A DNA stretch of 64,000 nucleotides. Source: an uncultured virus (IMG/VR IMGVR_UViG_3300042006_000224). Taxonomy: Duplodnaviria; Heunggongvirae; Uroviricota; Caudoviricetes; Schitoviridae. The position numbers and the translations under genes are program-made. The stretch lies in IMG/VR virus record IMGVR_UViG_3300042006_000224. The stretch is one strand, 5' to 3'. This document shows positions 51,247 through 61,454 of the stretch, one piece after another (the first letter of the stretch is position 1; each line of letters opens with the position of its first letter). The notes beneath the pieces were generated by a model. That model made no database searches. It was not told the origin of the DNA and worked only from the letters and a program-made list of their open reading frames with translations.

Positions 51247-51552
51247 TTATGCAGCTTTGGTTTCAGGTTGGGCAGGAAGCTCAGCCTTGAGTGCAGCCAG
51301 TTTGGCAGCGAGGTCAGAGGCAGAGATAGCAGACTCAGCGGCGCGGATACGGGAGTTGATGTCGTATTTACCACGGAGAGTGTCGAGTTTCTCGTTACGT
51401 TCGAGAGTAGCGATCTCATTGAAGCCTTCAGCAGCACCTTCTACCCAAGAGGCAGAGTGAACAGCAGCATTGGACAGCTTGGTACCAGCAGTGAACAGGT
51501 TGGTGAGCATCAGGAAGAACTGAGCAGCCATTGCAAAGAATTGTGCGAACAT
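51247..51552 (-). CDS. First early gene (hypothetical)
   Basis: GGAG SD; preceded by hairpin motifs. Confidence 0.65.
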   Translation of the reverse strand: MFAQFFAMAAQFFLMLTNLFTAGTKLSNAAVHSASWVEGAAEGFNEIATLERNEKLDTLRGKYDINSRIRAAESAISASDLAAKLAALKAELPAQPETKAA

Positions 51553-51712
51553 GGTGTATCTCCAATCGATTGGTAAGGAAGGGCACCGAAGTACCCCTCA
51601 CATAGCCGAAGGCCTAGGTTAATAGATCCTCTACGTAATGGATGATAGCTAGCGTACAGAGCGCAGTGATCAGCATAGTAAGAGTCCATGGACAGTACAG
51701 GAGTGTACCGAT

Positions 51713-51728
51713 ACAGGGCCGCAGGCCC
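51713..51728 (-). promoter_or_regulatory. Candidate vRNAP hairpin promoter
   Basis: ACA-GGGCC-GCA-GGCCC, near-identical to the 48374 copy. Confidence 0.65.
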
Positions 51729-51902
51729 GTAAGGTAACAAGGGTGGTGGGTGCTTGAGGAAAACTCAAAGGACCAGACCCCGGGGGGGGTGGTTCGCGTC
51801 AAGGGGGTAGCCGCTACATATGCCCTGCATCAGCCTGTCTATGAGAAATTTCCAACATACTGCGACGAATGGTATCTATACTCCCCCATATCTCATTGAC
51901 GG

Positions 51903-52211
51903 GTGGTTCCTATGACTGTTCAACACTATTCGAAAGCGGGCAGCCCCTTCCAGTACATCGCTGCACGAATGGGCGGACCATTCGATCCCTTGCCTTCTTG
52001 GTTTCCGCTTTTGCAGCAAACCGGTAATCTAAGGTACGATAGCGAACATAATGTCGAGGTTCGTACGATTACGGGTGCTTGGCAGACTGTTCAGCAGGGT
52101 GATTGGGTGGTTCTGCAAAGAGCCGATCCCAAGGCCGGGGTAGGGTTCGATAAGTGCGCTGTGTGGCATGTCGAGCATGTAGACTTCATAAAATTATGGA
52201 ATGCGATATGA
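51903..52211 (+). CDS. Hypothetical protein
   Basis: 'TITGAWQTVQQGDWVV' common phage motif. Confidence 0.6.
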   Translation: MVPMTVQHYSKAGSPFQYIAARMGGPFDPLPSWFPLLQQTGNLRYDSEHNVEVRTITGAWQTVQQGDWVVLQRADPKAGVGFDKCAVWHVEHVDFIKLWNAI

Positions 52212-52606
52212 CTAAAGCAGTTTGGATGCACCATGGCCCTTTCCCCAGTGAATCGGTGTTTGTGCCGAACAAGGTGGAGTGGAAGAAGCTGATGCGCAAG
52301 CTGAAGGCGGAAGATGAGCCGTACCCGGTAAAGGATGCCTGTGTCACAACGTTCTTCGACAGTCCGATTGGTCGTGTGCGTGTGTTGACGGTCGGGGATC
52401 ATCTGACCAAGAAGTGCACGCCGCTGCGCTTGGCTGCGTTGATTGGGCATGAGGTGCAGCATATCTGGCAGGGTATCAAGGTAGACGCCGGGGAGACTGA
52501 GCCGGGTAGTGAATGTGAGGCTTACATGGTGCAATGGTTGCTGACCCAGGCGCTTGAAGCGTTTGAGGCCACGCGGTTCAAATTGTTTAAGGGGGCGGCA
52601 GCATGA
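52208..52606 (+). CDS. Hypothetical HExxH protein
   Basis: 'IGHEVQH...ECEAY'. Confidence 0.6.
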   Translation: MTKAVWMHHGPFPSESVFVPNKVEWKKLMRKLKAEDEPYPVKDACVTTFFDSPIGRVRVLTVGDHLTKKCTPLRLAALIGHEVQHIWQGIKVDAGETEPGSECEAYMVQWLLTQALEAFEATRFKLFKGAAA

Positions 52607-52682
52607 CTTACGAATGGGGTGCCGAGGCGCAGTTTGATTCTTGTTTTGGTTTTCCTGTGCGCCTGCGTAAAGGGGAAGACGT

Positions 52683-53369
52683 ATGACTACTGCACTGACA
52701 CCAGATGAGTTCAAGATGGTGCTCCCGGCACAGTTCCGGGGGAATGTGACACAAGAGGTCATGGATGGGGTCAATGCGTTGTTGGCTGACCCGAATCTGG
52801 CCGAAGCTTACCGTGAGCGCATGATTGGGCATACGTCTGTGCTGCGCGAGGGTAAGTTCAAGCTTGAGAGTTATCTCGGTGCCGTGAAGTACGTCACGCA
52901 GAAGATGATGAACAAGAGCAATCTGGATGCGTACATTGCGACCTTTCCTGATAAATATCAGGACTTTGTTGCGCGAGGCGTAAGCCAGAAGGATATCAGC
53001 TCCTACGTGTCGGCTTTCAACAAGTCGAAGCTGGTGACGCTGATCATGGAGCAGGCGTTGATCCCCGCGTGGATCGGCAATCAGGACATGTACCAGCAGG
53101 CGTTGAATGCACAGTTTGACCTGGGTATGAATGCGTCCAGTGAGAAAGTGCGCGTGGAGGCGCTGAACAGTGTGCTGGGGCAGCTCAAGCAGCCGGAGAA
53201 GACCAAGATCACGCTGGATATCAGCGAGGAAGTAGGCGATACCATGGGTGCTGTGCGTAAGCAGATGCAGGATCTGGCCGAGCAACAGCGGCAGTTTATT
53301 GAAGGTGGTTTCGGCAATGCCAAAGAGGTCGCGGCTCAGCGCCTTCCATTTGAGATCACTCAACAATGA
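52683..53369 (+). CDS. Putative terminase small subunit (N4 gp69-like)
   Basis: 'AVKYV', 'AYIATFPDKY', 'SEKVR'; directly upstream of terL. Confidence 0.75.
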   Translation: MTTALTPDEFKMVLPAQFRGNVTQEVMDGVNALLADPNLAEAYRERMIGHTSVLREGKFKLESYLGAVKYVTQKMMNKSNLDAYIATFPDKYQDFVARGVSQKDISSYVSAFNKSKLVTLIMEQALIPAWIGNQDMYQQALNAQFDLGMNASSEKVRVEALNSVLGQLKQPEKTKITLDISEEVGDTMGAVRKQMQDLAEQQRQFIEGGFGNAKEVAAQRLPFEITQQ

Positions 53370-55030
53370 ATGTTACCGAAATGGAAGTCGCGGTTGATGA
53401 GGTGTATCAATCTGTAGATGGTTGGCTTGATGGGGTCGATTACTCCATGGACCCGACTTATGTACCGTCGCAGTTTGCTTTGGAGTTCGTGACGTTCATT
53501 AAGCTGGTAAACGGCGGGCAAGGCGAGGAAAACGAGACACCTGTGCTGCACTTGCACATGCTCGACGAGATTGAGTTCGTTGAGTACGACGAGAAGGGTG
53601 AAGTTAACCGATTCCCGCGCATTGCCAACATGGTGTTCCGTGGTGCGGCAAAGACCACGCTGATGGGTGAATACCTGTTCCTTTACATCGGAATGTACGG
53701 TGGGCTGCCGAACTTCGGTAAGATTGAGCTGGCTCTGTACGTTTCCGACAGTATGGAAAACGGCGTAAAGAACATGCGCAAGAACTTGGAGTTTCGCTAT
53801 GAAAATAGCGATTTCCTCAAGAAGTACATGCCGGCCAAATCCGCGGACAACCCGGGGGGTACCGACTTCACCGATATCCGCTGGAAGTTCGTGAACCTGG
53901 ACGGCAACGTGTTCATCGTCAAAGGCTACGGCGCCAAGACCGGTGTCCGGGGTTCCAAGGAAATGGGTAAGCGCCCGCGTCTTGCGGTGCTCGATGACTT
54001 GATTTCCGATGATGATGCACGTTCGCCGACGGTTATTGCCGCCGTAGAGGATACAATCTACAAAGCGGTGGACCACGCCCTGCATCCGCAGCGAAACATG
54101 ATCATCTGGTCGGGTACCCCCTTTAACGCCAAAGATCCACTGTATAAAGCGGTAGAATCGGGCGCTTGGCGGGTCAACGTGTACCCTGTGTGCAATCAGT
54201 TCCCGTGTGCGGAAGAAGACTTCCTTGGTGCCTGGCCCGACCGCTTTCCGTACAGCTTCGTGAAGAAGAAGTTCGATACGGCGATGAAGGTGGGTAAGGT
54301 CGACACATTCAACCAAGAACTGATGCTGCGCATCATGTCCGACGAAGATCGTCTGATTCAGGACGGTGAGATCAGTTGGTACCGCAAGAAGAACGTGTTG
54401 AAGTTCAAATCTAACTTCAACTTCTACATCACCACTGACTTCGCGACTTCCGAGAAACAATCGGCGGATTTCAGCGTAATCTCGGTGTGGGCGTACAACT
54501 ACAACGGTGATTGGTACTGGGTAGACGGTATCTGCCGCCGGCAGGACATGTCGGCAAACCTGACTGACCTTTTCTCCTTGGTTTCGAAGTGGCGTCCTTT
54601 GGGTGTTGGTATTGAGGTATCTGGTCAGCAATCTGGTTTCATTCCTTGGATTCTGGACATGATGATCCAGAAGAACATCTTCTTCGTGCTGACTTCCGAG
54701 AACAACAGCACTAAGCCGGGTATTCGACCGAATACCAACAAGATGCAGCGATTCAACACGGTTGTGCCCCTCTTCAAGCTGCACAAGATATATTTCCCCG
54801 AAGAGGAAAAGACCACGCCGGTTATGATGGAGATGGTCAACGAATTGAGTCTTGCGTCGGCAAGCGGGTTCCGTTCGAAGAAAGACGACTTCATTGATAC
54901 CATTTCAATGCTATCGGTCATGCGTCCGGTCGCGCCGACCTCTCAGGACATCGAGCAGCGCGAAGGCGGTGGAATGTGGGATGATGACTTCGCTCCGGAG
55001 CCCGGGGCACTGGCCAACTACTTAGCGTGA
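53366..55030 (+). CDS. terL: Terminase large subunit
   Basis: 'FRGAAKTT', 'LAVLDD', 'TTDFA', 'DDFIDTIS'. Confidence 0.92.
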   Translation: MNVTEMEVAVDEVYQSVDGWLDGVDYSMDPTYVPSQFALEFVTFIKLVNGGQGEENETPVLHLHMLDEIEFVEYDEKGEVNRFPRIANMVFRGAAKTTLMGEYLFLYIGMYGGLPNFGKIELALYVSDSMENGVKNMRKNLEFRYENSDFLKKYMPAKSADNPGGTDFTDIRWKFVNLDGNVFIVKGYGAKTGVRGSKEMGKRPRLAVLDDLISDDDARSPTVIAAVEDTIYKAVDHALHPQRNMIIWSGTPFNAKDPLYKAVESGAWRVNVYPVCNQFPCAEEDFLGAWPDRFPYSFVKKKFDTAMKVGKVDTFNQELMLRIMSDEDRLIQDGEISWYRKKNVLKFKSNFNFYITTDFATSEKQSADFSVISVWAYNYNGDWYWVDGICRRQDMSANLTDLFSLVSKWRPLGVGIEVSGQQSGFIPWILDMMIQKNIFFVLTSENNSTKPGIRPNTNKMQRFNTVVPLFKLHKIYFPEEEKTTPVMMEMVNELSLASASGFRSKKDDFIDTISMLSVMRPVAPTSQDIEQREGGGMWDDDFAPEPGALANYLA

Positions 55031-55037
55031 GGCAACA

Positions 55038-55703
55038 ATGAAACTGTCCTATATTTTCAGCCAACTGGAAACCAGTGAGCTGAAACAACTGAGCTGTATC
55101 GATCCTGCCACCGGCAAGATCAAGGCTGAGCAGTACCAGGGTATCGTCGACGTGATGAACCAAGGGCTGGTCGACCTGCACACGCGCTTTGACCTGAAGA
55201 TCGGCAAGGTCGAGGTACCGATTGATCCACTGGTTTCGGTGTACGACATGACCGCGGTGGACCCGCAGGTGCGTGGCCGCTTCCTGCAACTGCACAAGGT
55301 GACCGATGAAGCCGGCCGTGACCTGCAGGTCAACGCCTTCACCGATTACTCGCTGAGCTTCCGCAATCAGTACGTGTTTGAGGTGCCGGAGTATCTGCGT
55401 ACGGTGCATCCGCTGGTGCGCGTGAATGTCCTGTACCGCTCGCTGCCGACCAAGATCGGTGACTGCTACGGCGATCTGGACCCGGAGCTGGTCGAGGTAG
55501 ACCTGCCGATGGCCTACGTCTGGGCCCTGTGCCTGTATGTAGCCAGTCGATTGCACACACCAGTCGGTTTGCAGGATGGGACTTACCGAGTGAATGCGTT
55601 CCTCGGGCTGTTCAACGCCGAGTGCACTCGACTGGAGGAATTCGGTATGGATCTGGACTTCCAACGGGATCTGGGCCAACTCCAACGGGGAGGCTGGGCA
55701 TAA
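55038..55703 (+). CDS. Virion structural / head-tail adaptor (N4 gp67-like)
   Basis: Position after terL; 'L.DLHTRF', 'ALCLYVASR', C-terminal GW. Confidence 0.7.
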   Translation: MKLSYIFSQLETSELKQLSCIDPATGKIKAEQYQGIVDVMNQGLVDLHTRFDLKIGKVEVPIDPLVSVYDMTAVDPQVRGRFLQLHKVTDEAGRDLQVNAFTDYSLSFRNQYVFEVPEYLRTVHPLVRVNVLYRSLPTKIGDCYGDLDPELVEVDLPMAYVWALCLYVASRLHTPVGLQDGTYRVNAFLGLFNAECTRLEEFGMDLDFQRDLGQLQRGGWA

Positions 55704-55705
55704 AG

Positions 55706-55738
55706 CAAAAAAGGGGCCGATTGGCTCCTTTCTTTTTG
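55706..55738. terminator. Bidirectional terminator
   Basis: AAAAAGGGGCC-GATT-GGCTCCTTTCTTTTT. Confidence 0.7.
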
Positions 55739-55797
55739 AATAGGTGGCGGGATTACGCTCCCGCCTGTTCGCTCCACTCTTCGCAGTGGCGCAGAAT

Positions 55798-55968
55798 TTA
55801 GTTTTGCCGCTTCATGTCGAGCCACGACAGTTCTTGTTCAAACAACTCTTCTTCTGGCATATCTTCTGGCATCCAGGCATCGCCATGTTGTGCGAGCTTC
55901 TCGGTGTTATATACGAGAAATTGATCAAGTTCTGCTTTGCGTAGCGCAACATATTCCGTAAGGGTCAC
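55798..55968 (-). CDS. Small acidic hypothetical protein (56 aa, not in ORF track)
   Basis: GTG start overlaps the dut stop; MTLTEYVALRK...KRQN. Confidence 0.5.
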   Translation of the reverse strand: MTLTEYVALRKAELDQFLVYNTEKLAQHGDAWMPEDMPEEELFEQELSWLDMKRQN

Positions 55969-56390
55969 TTACCGGTGCTCCCGAAGCCACCCGCACCGCG
56001 CGTGCTGGAATGGGTGAACTCGCTGACAAATTGCAGCTCTGGTGTCGATACCGGCACAACAACGAACTGAAACAGGCGCTCGCCTGCTGCCCACTGCACA
56101 TAATCCCCGGAACGTCCTTGAACGTTCACCTTCCATTCGCCTTCGTAATCGGAATCGATAACGCCACAGGTATTGCCCAGGCGGATACCCGATTTCACGC
56201 CTGCACCCGAGCGCGGCAGAATAAGGGCAACATGTCCGGCCGGAACCTTGGCTGCGAAGCCAAGTCCCTGCAATTCTGCATTACCGCTCACGGATGTACC
56301 GGCTTTAGGCATATACAGGTCATAACCCGCAGCACCTTCCGTTCCGCGAGTTGGTGTGATCAAATCCGGGTGAAGTTTGATGATTTCCAC
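55965..56390 (-). CDS. dut: dUTPase (trimeric)
   Basis: AGYDL, PRSG, GVIDSDYEG, RGAGGFGSTG. Confidence 0.95.
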   Translation of the reverse strand: MEIIKLHPDLITPTRGTEGAAGYDLYMPKAGTSVSGNAELQGLGFAAKVPAGHVALILPRSGAGVKSGIRLGNTCGVIDSDYEGEWKVNVQGRSGDYVQWAAGERLFQFVVVPVSTPELQFVSEFTHSSTRGAGGFGSTGK

Positions 56391-56427
56391 TATGATGCTT
56401 CCCTTTACTGGTTTAGGAGATGTGCCA

Positions 56428-58581
56428 ATGGCACTTGATGAACAACAACCGCTCGTTACTAAGAACGAGCATAGCTTAACGGATTGGTCGAAAGAACCAA
56501 CCCTTTCTGAGCTGAAGGCTGACGTTGAGGGCTCGAACAACTCCCATAACGCACAGGTTCAGCAAATTGACACTTGGCTGGACTTTCTCCATACCAAAGG
56601 TGCTGGTGCCGCGCCGAAGATTAAAAACAAGTCGCAGGTGCAGCCAAAGACGATTCGGCAGCAGGCAGAGTGGCGATATGCATCGCTATCCGAACCGTTC
56701 CTGTCGTCTTCTGACATCTTCGAACTGAAGCCAGTGACCTGGGAAGACCGCAACGCGGCGATCCAGAATGGCCTGTTGCTCAACAACCAGTTGAACACCC
56801 GCATCGACAAGCAGCATTTGGTCGACACGATGGTGCGCTGCGCCGTGGATACCGGGGTGGCTTTCCTCAAGGTGGGCTGGAAGCGTGAGACGAAGATGTC
56901 GAAGCGCATGGTTCCGCAGTACGAGTTGACCTCGAACCCGGAATACCTGCCAATCATGCAGGAACTCGACGCACTCAAGGCCGAATCCCCCTCGCAGTAT
57001 TACGAAGTGGACGAAGGCTACCGTCTTGCACACGAAACCTACGAAACCGACGGTATTCCGTACGCTCCGTTCCAAGTTGGGATGATCGAAGAAGAATTCG
57101 AAGAAGTTCTGGCGAACCATCCCACTTTGGAAGTGGTATCGCACAAGAACGTTATCGTCGACCCTTCCTGCAACGGTGTGTTGGAAAACGCCGGGTTCGT
57201 GGTGCACAAGTTCCTGTCCAGTCAGGCTGATCTGAAAAAGGACGGTCGTTACAAGAACCTCGACAAGATCAAAGCAGACCAGTCGAATCCATTGTCCGAG
57301 CCTGACTATGCGGTGAATGCGAAGGATAAGACCTTCAACTTCGCAGACAAGGCGCGAACCAAGTTCGTGGTGTACGAATACTGGGGCTTCCGCGATGTTC
57401 ACGGTAAAGGTGATCTGACTCCGTTTGTTGCAGCCTGGGCCGGCGATGTGCTGATCCGGATGGAAGAGAATCCGTTCCCAGACAATGCAATTCCGTTTGT
57501 GGCGATCCCTTACCTGCCGGTGTTCGAATCGGTCTATGGCGAGAGCGATGGCTCGCTACTGATCGAAAACCAGAAGACGATCGGTGCAGTTCAGCGCGGA
57601 ATGATTGATGTGCTGGCCAAGTCGGCCAACGGCCAGACTGGTATCGCAAAAGGTGCACTCGATGCGGTGAACCAGCGCAAGTTCGAAGAAGGGCGGGACT
57701 ACCAGTTCAACCCGGGCAACGACCCGCGTACGGCGATCCATACCCACACCTTCCAAGAGCTGCCGACCTCGGCGTGGCAGATGGTGCAGAGTCAGAACCA
57801 ACAAGCGGAGGCCATGACCGGGGTACAGGCTTTCTCTGCTGGTTTGAGCGGTTCGTCTCTGGGTGATACGGCAACTGGTGTGCGTGGTGCGCTTGACGCT
57901 GCATCCAAGCGTGAATTGGGCATTCTACGGCGTATGGCCGCAGGTGTGGTCAAAGCAGGGCGCAAGATCATCGCCATGAACGCTGTGTTCTTGGAAGACC
58001 GTGAGGTGATCCGGGTTACCAATCAATCGTTCGTGGACATCCGCCGCGACGACTTGCCAGGTAACTTCGACATCAGTCTGGCGATCTCGACTGCCGAAGA
58101 GGACAACGCCAAGGCGCAAGAGCTGTCGTTCATGCTGCAAACGGTAGGGCCGAACGCAGGTTGGGGCGTGACTTCGCTGATCCTGGCTGATATCGCCCGT
58201 CTGCGTAAAATGCCGGACTTGGCAAAGAAGATTGCGGACTACCAGCCAGAGCCGGACCCAATCGCACAAGCCAAGGCACAACTGGAAGTTGCACTGCTGC
58301 AAGCACAGATCGCGACCGAACAAGCGAAGGCCGCGCACTATGCAACCGGCGCACAACTCGCTTCTGTGAAACAAGGCACTGAAGTTGCGAAAGCCAACGC
58401 ATTGAATGCAAGCGCTGACAAAACTAACCTCGACTTCCTTGAACAAGAGTCTGGTGTAGCACAAGAGCGCAACTTGCAGTCTCTTGACCGTCAAGCAGAA
58501 GGTCAGGCACGATTGCAGGCAGTTCAGTCGGTTATCCGTCAACAAGAGGCCAGCCAAATGAATAAACCTAGCGCAACGTAA
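56428..58581 (+). CDS. Portal protein (N4 gp59-like)
   Basis: 'LTDWSKEPT', 'QAEWRY..LSEPFL'; AGGAG SD. Confidence 0.9.
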   Translation: MALDEQQPLVTKNEHSLTDWSKEPTLSELKADVEGSNNSHNAQVQQIDTWLDFLHTKGAGAAPKIKNKSQVQPKTIRQQAEWRYASLSEPFLSSSDIFELKPVTWEDRNAAIQNGLLLNNQLNTRIDKQHLVDTMVRCAVDTGVAFLKVGWKRETKMSKRMVPQYELTSNPEYLPIMQELDALKAESPSQYYEVDEGYRLAHETYETDGIPYAPFQVGMIEEEFEEVLANHPTLEVVSHKNVIVDPSCNGVLENAGFVVHKFLSSQADLKKDGRYKNLDKIKADQSNPLSEPDYAVNAKDKTFNFADKARTKFVVYEYWGFRDVHGKGDLTPFVAAWAGDVLIRMEENPFPDNAIPFVAIPYLPVFESVYGESDGSLLIENQKTIGAVQRGMIDVLAKSANGQTGIAKGALDAVNQRKFEEGRDYQFNPGNDPRTAIHTHTFQELPTSAWQMVQSQNQQAEAMTGVQAFSAGLSGSSLGDTATGVRGALDAASKRELGILRRMAAGVVKAGRKIIAMNAVFLEDREVIRVTNQSFVDIRRDDLPGNFDISLAISTAEEDNAKAQELSFMLQTVGPNAGWGVTSLILADIARLRKMPDLAKKIADYQPEPDPIAQAKAQLEVALLQAQIATEQAKAAHYATGAQLASVKQGTEVAKANALNASADKTNLDFLEQESGVAQERNLQSLDRQAEGQARLQAVQSVIRQQEASQMNKPSAT

Positions 58582-58646
58582 CGACAATCGGTAATATGCG
58601 GGACTTCTCACGAAGTCCCCTCTAATTTCTCCAAGGAGCACCCCAA

Positions 58647-58988
58647 ATGGGCAATGCCGTTAAACAAATCGAAATCACCATCGAACAATGCAAAGAAGTC
58701 ATTGAACGCGGCAAAGCGCTCAATCGTTTGCTGGAAAACCCCGATTTCAGTTCGCTTATCATGAAAGGTTACATGGAGCGCGAGTCGCACCGTCTGACCC
58801 TGCTGCTGGCCGATCCTTCCTGCGAAACTCCGCAAGCCCGCGAGAATATCGTGCGTGACCTGTCTGCCATTGCGCAATTGAACGCGCACTTCCGCACTAT
58901 CCGCACTGCGGCTGAAGTTGCTCAGCGCACCCTGGTCGAACACGAAGAGTTGCTGCAAGAAGAACTCGTCGCAGACTTGGAGGCTTAA
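58647..58988 (+). CDS. Hypothetical protein (N4 gp58-like)
   Basis: 'ALNRLLENPDF..LI..GY'. Confidence 0.7.
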   Translation: MGNAVKQIEITIEQCKEVIERGKALNRLLENPDFSSLIMKGYMERESHRLTLLLADPSCETPQARENIVRDLSAIAQLNAHFRTIRTAAEVAQRTLVEHEELLQEELVADLEA

Positions 58989-58991
58989 GCC

Positions 58992-60179
58992 ATGTCTTCT
59001 GACTTCCTGACGATGTCCGATGCTGACTTCATGGCGCAAGGCGCTGGCAAGTTGGCTGAAGTTCAAGCGGCTGCCCAAACCAGCACCCCTGACGCAACTA
59101 CTCCCGATAACGTGGAGACTTCCAATGCCGACGCCACCGCTGCTGCCGAAGCACTTGCCGCTGGAACTGATACTGCTCCCGATACAACTGCTACCCCGGA
59201 AACAGACGAAGAAGGCGAAACGCAGAACGAAGGGGGCGAGCAGGAAGAAGGCGGCGAACTTGGTGACGGAACTGACGAAACGAATCCGGCGCAGCCAGAA
59301 CTGGGCGCTGATGGTCAACCAGTCACCAAACCAGAAGTAAAGAAGGCAGAAGTCTCCACTTCTGATACTGGTTTGCCGGAAGGCGCTGAACGCATCTTCG
59401 CAACCTTCCGTGCGAACGGTCGCGACATGCAAGTGAAGTCTGTGGACGAAGCAATCCGTCTTATGCAGATGGGTGCCAACTATTCGCAGAAACAGGCTGT
59501 TGCCAAGAAAGATCGCGCATATGTGAAAGTTCTTGAGCAGAACGGCTTACTTGACCATGAAAAGTTGGCGTTTGCTGTTGACTTGATGGCCGGAAAGCCC
59601 GAAGCTATCGGCAAGTTGCTGAAAGACTCCAAGATTGACGTTCACGACATCGATGATGACAAAGTTGCAGCATACCGCGCAGAATCTCGCGCACCGAGTG
59701 CAGCATCTCTGGACCTCGACGAAGTTGTAGCAGAAATCGAAGGTACTGCTCACTTCACTCGCCTTGTAGGCGAAATGAAGACTTGGGATCAAAAGTCCCA
59801 GGCATTGTTGGGCAGTCACCCGCAAGCGCTGAAACAGCTCACTGAGCAGATGGAATCCGGCGTTTACGACAAGATCATGGACGAAGTCAATCGGCAACAG
59901 GTATTGGGGGCGATGACAGGTGTGCCGGTAATGCAGGCATACAACGAGATCGGTCAGAAGATGGCCGAAGCTGGTGCTTTCAACGCCCCGGCTCCGAAGG
60001 GTCCAGTAAAGAAGCTGGTCACTCCGGGCAAAAAGACTTCGCCGGCTACGAAGGCCGATGAGGAACGCCGTCGCGCTGCTGCCCCATCGAAGGGTGCAAC
60101 GACTGCAACACAAGAAGCGAAGAAACCTGACTTCCTCTCGATGAGCGATGCAGAGTTCTTGAAGCAATCCAAACCGTAA
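58992..60179 (+). CDS. Scaffold / 'tape-measure'-annotated protein (N4 gp57-like)
   Basis: Acidic N-terminus, 'FRANG', 'LMQMGANY', MSDA(D/E)F repeats at both ends. Confidence 0.75.
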   Translation: MSSDFLTMSDADFMAQGAGKLAEVQAAAQTSTPDATTPDNVETSNADATAAAEALAAGTDTAPDTTATPETDEEGETQNEGGEQEEGGELGDGTDETNPAQPELGADGQPVTKPEVKKAEVSTSDTGLPEGAERIFATFRANGRDMQVKSVDEAIRLMQMGANYSQKQAVAKKDRAYVKVLEQNGLLDHEKLAFAVDLMAGKPEAIGKLLKDSKIDVHDIDDDKVAAYRAESRAPSAASLDLDEVVAEIEGTAHFTRLVGEMKTWDQKSQALLGSHPQALKQLTEQMESGVYDKIMDEVNRQQVLGAMTGVPVMQAYNEIGQKMAEAGAFNAPAPKGPVKKLVTPGKKTSPATKADEERRRAAAPSKGATTATQEAKKPDFLSMSDAEFLKQSKP

Positions 60180-60194
60180 TAAGGAAAACCCGCG

Positions 60195-61379
60195 ATGGCA
60201 GCTCCAAATACTTACACTCCGGCTTCGTATAATGCCCCACCGGGCACACCGTCCAGCATCGGCCCACAGGCCTATGAAGAGTATCACCAGAAACAAGCGC
60301 TGATCGAAGCGCGTAAGGAACAGTTCTTCACCCAACTGGCCGACGTTACCGTCATGCCGAAAAACATGGGCAAGAAGATCACCAAGTTCCACTACATCCC
60401 ACTGCTCGACGACCGCAACGTCAACGACCAGGGTATCGATGCCAACGGCGCAACCATTGCCAACGGCAACCTGTACGGCTCCAGCAAGGACATCGGTGTC
60501 ATTACCGGTAAGCTGCCAGCTCTGACCGAACACGGTGGCCGCGTTAACCGCGTTGGTTTCACCCGTATCGAACTGGAAGGCACGCTGGAAAAATTCGGCT
60601 TCTACGAAGAATTCACCCAGGAATCCCTGGACTTCGACAGCGACGCCGAGCTGGACATGCACATCACCCGTGAAATGGTGAACGGCGCTCACCAGATGTC
60701 CGAAGCTGCTCTGCAGATCGACATCCTGAACGCTGCCGGTGTAATTCGTTACGCTGGTGATGCAACCTCCAACGTTACCCTGAACAGCGGCGACGTTGTT
60801 ACTTACGACGACCTGTTGCGTCTGGGTATCCAACTGACCAACAACCGTACTCCGCGTACCATTACGCAGATCAACGGTACCCGTCTGACCGACACCCGTA
60901 CCATTCCGGGCGCACGTCCACTGCACTGCGGCTCCGAGTTGATCCCAACTCTGAAAGGCATGAAGGACATGCACAACAACCCTGCATTCATCTCGGTCGA
61001 GAAGTATGCGGCTGGCGGTGAAACCCTGATCGGCGAAATCGGCCAGATCGATGAGTTCCGTATCATCATCGTGCCGGAAATGCTGAAGTGGTCTGGTGGT
61101 GGCGCTCTGGTCACCGACGCGCTGTATCACGACAACGGCACCAACTACGACGTGTTCCCAATGCTCTGCATCGGCGACGGTTCGTTTACCACCATTGGTT
61201 TCCAAACCGACGGTAAATCGGTGAAGTTCAAGATCATCAAGAAGCTTCCGGGCGTTGAAACTGCGGATCGCCTGGACCCGTACGGCGAAATGGGCTTCAT
61301 GGCCATCAAGTGGTACTACGGCTTCATGACTCTGCGTTCCGAGCGCATTGGTCTGATCAAGACCCTTGCCCTGCTGTAA
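60195..61379 (+). CDS. Major capsid protein (N4 gp56-like)
   Basis: 'MPKNMGK..HYIPLLDDRN.NDQGIDA', 'DPYGE.GF..IKWYYG'. Confidence 0.93.
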   Translation: MAAPNTYTPASYNAPPGTPSSIGPQAYEEYHQKQALIEARKEQFFTQLADVTVMPKNMGKKITKFHYIPLLDDRNVNDQGIDANGATIANGNLYGSSKDIGVITGKLPALTEHGGRVNRVGFTRIELEGTLEKFGFYEEFTQESLDFDSDAELDMHITREMVNGAHQMSEAALQIDILNAAGVIRYAGDATSNVTLNSGDVVTYDDLLRLGIQLTNNRTPRTITQINGTRLTDTRTIPGARPLHCGSELIPTLKGMKDMHNNPAFISVEKYAAGGETLIGEIGQIDEFRIIIVPEMLKWSGGGALVTDALYHDNGTNYDVFPMLCIGDGSFTTIGFQTDGKSVKFKIIKKLPGVETADRLDPYGEMGFMAIKWYYGFMTLRSERIGLIKTLALL

Positions 61380-61399
61380 CGGCAACTGCAATACCATTT

Positions 61400-61422
61400 G
61401 GGGAGCTTCGGCTCCCCTTTTG
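61400..61422 (+). terminator. Terminator after the capsid gene
   Basis: GGGGAGC-TTCG-GCTCCCC-TTTT. Confidence 0.85.
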
Positions 61423-61454
61423 GGTACAACTCGCACCGTTTCCGGAGAAACGCA

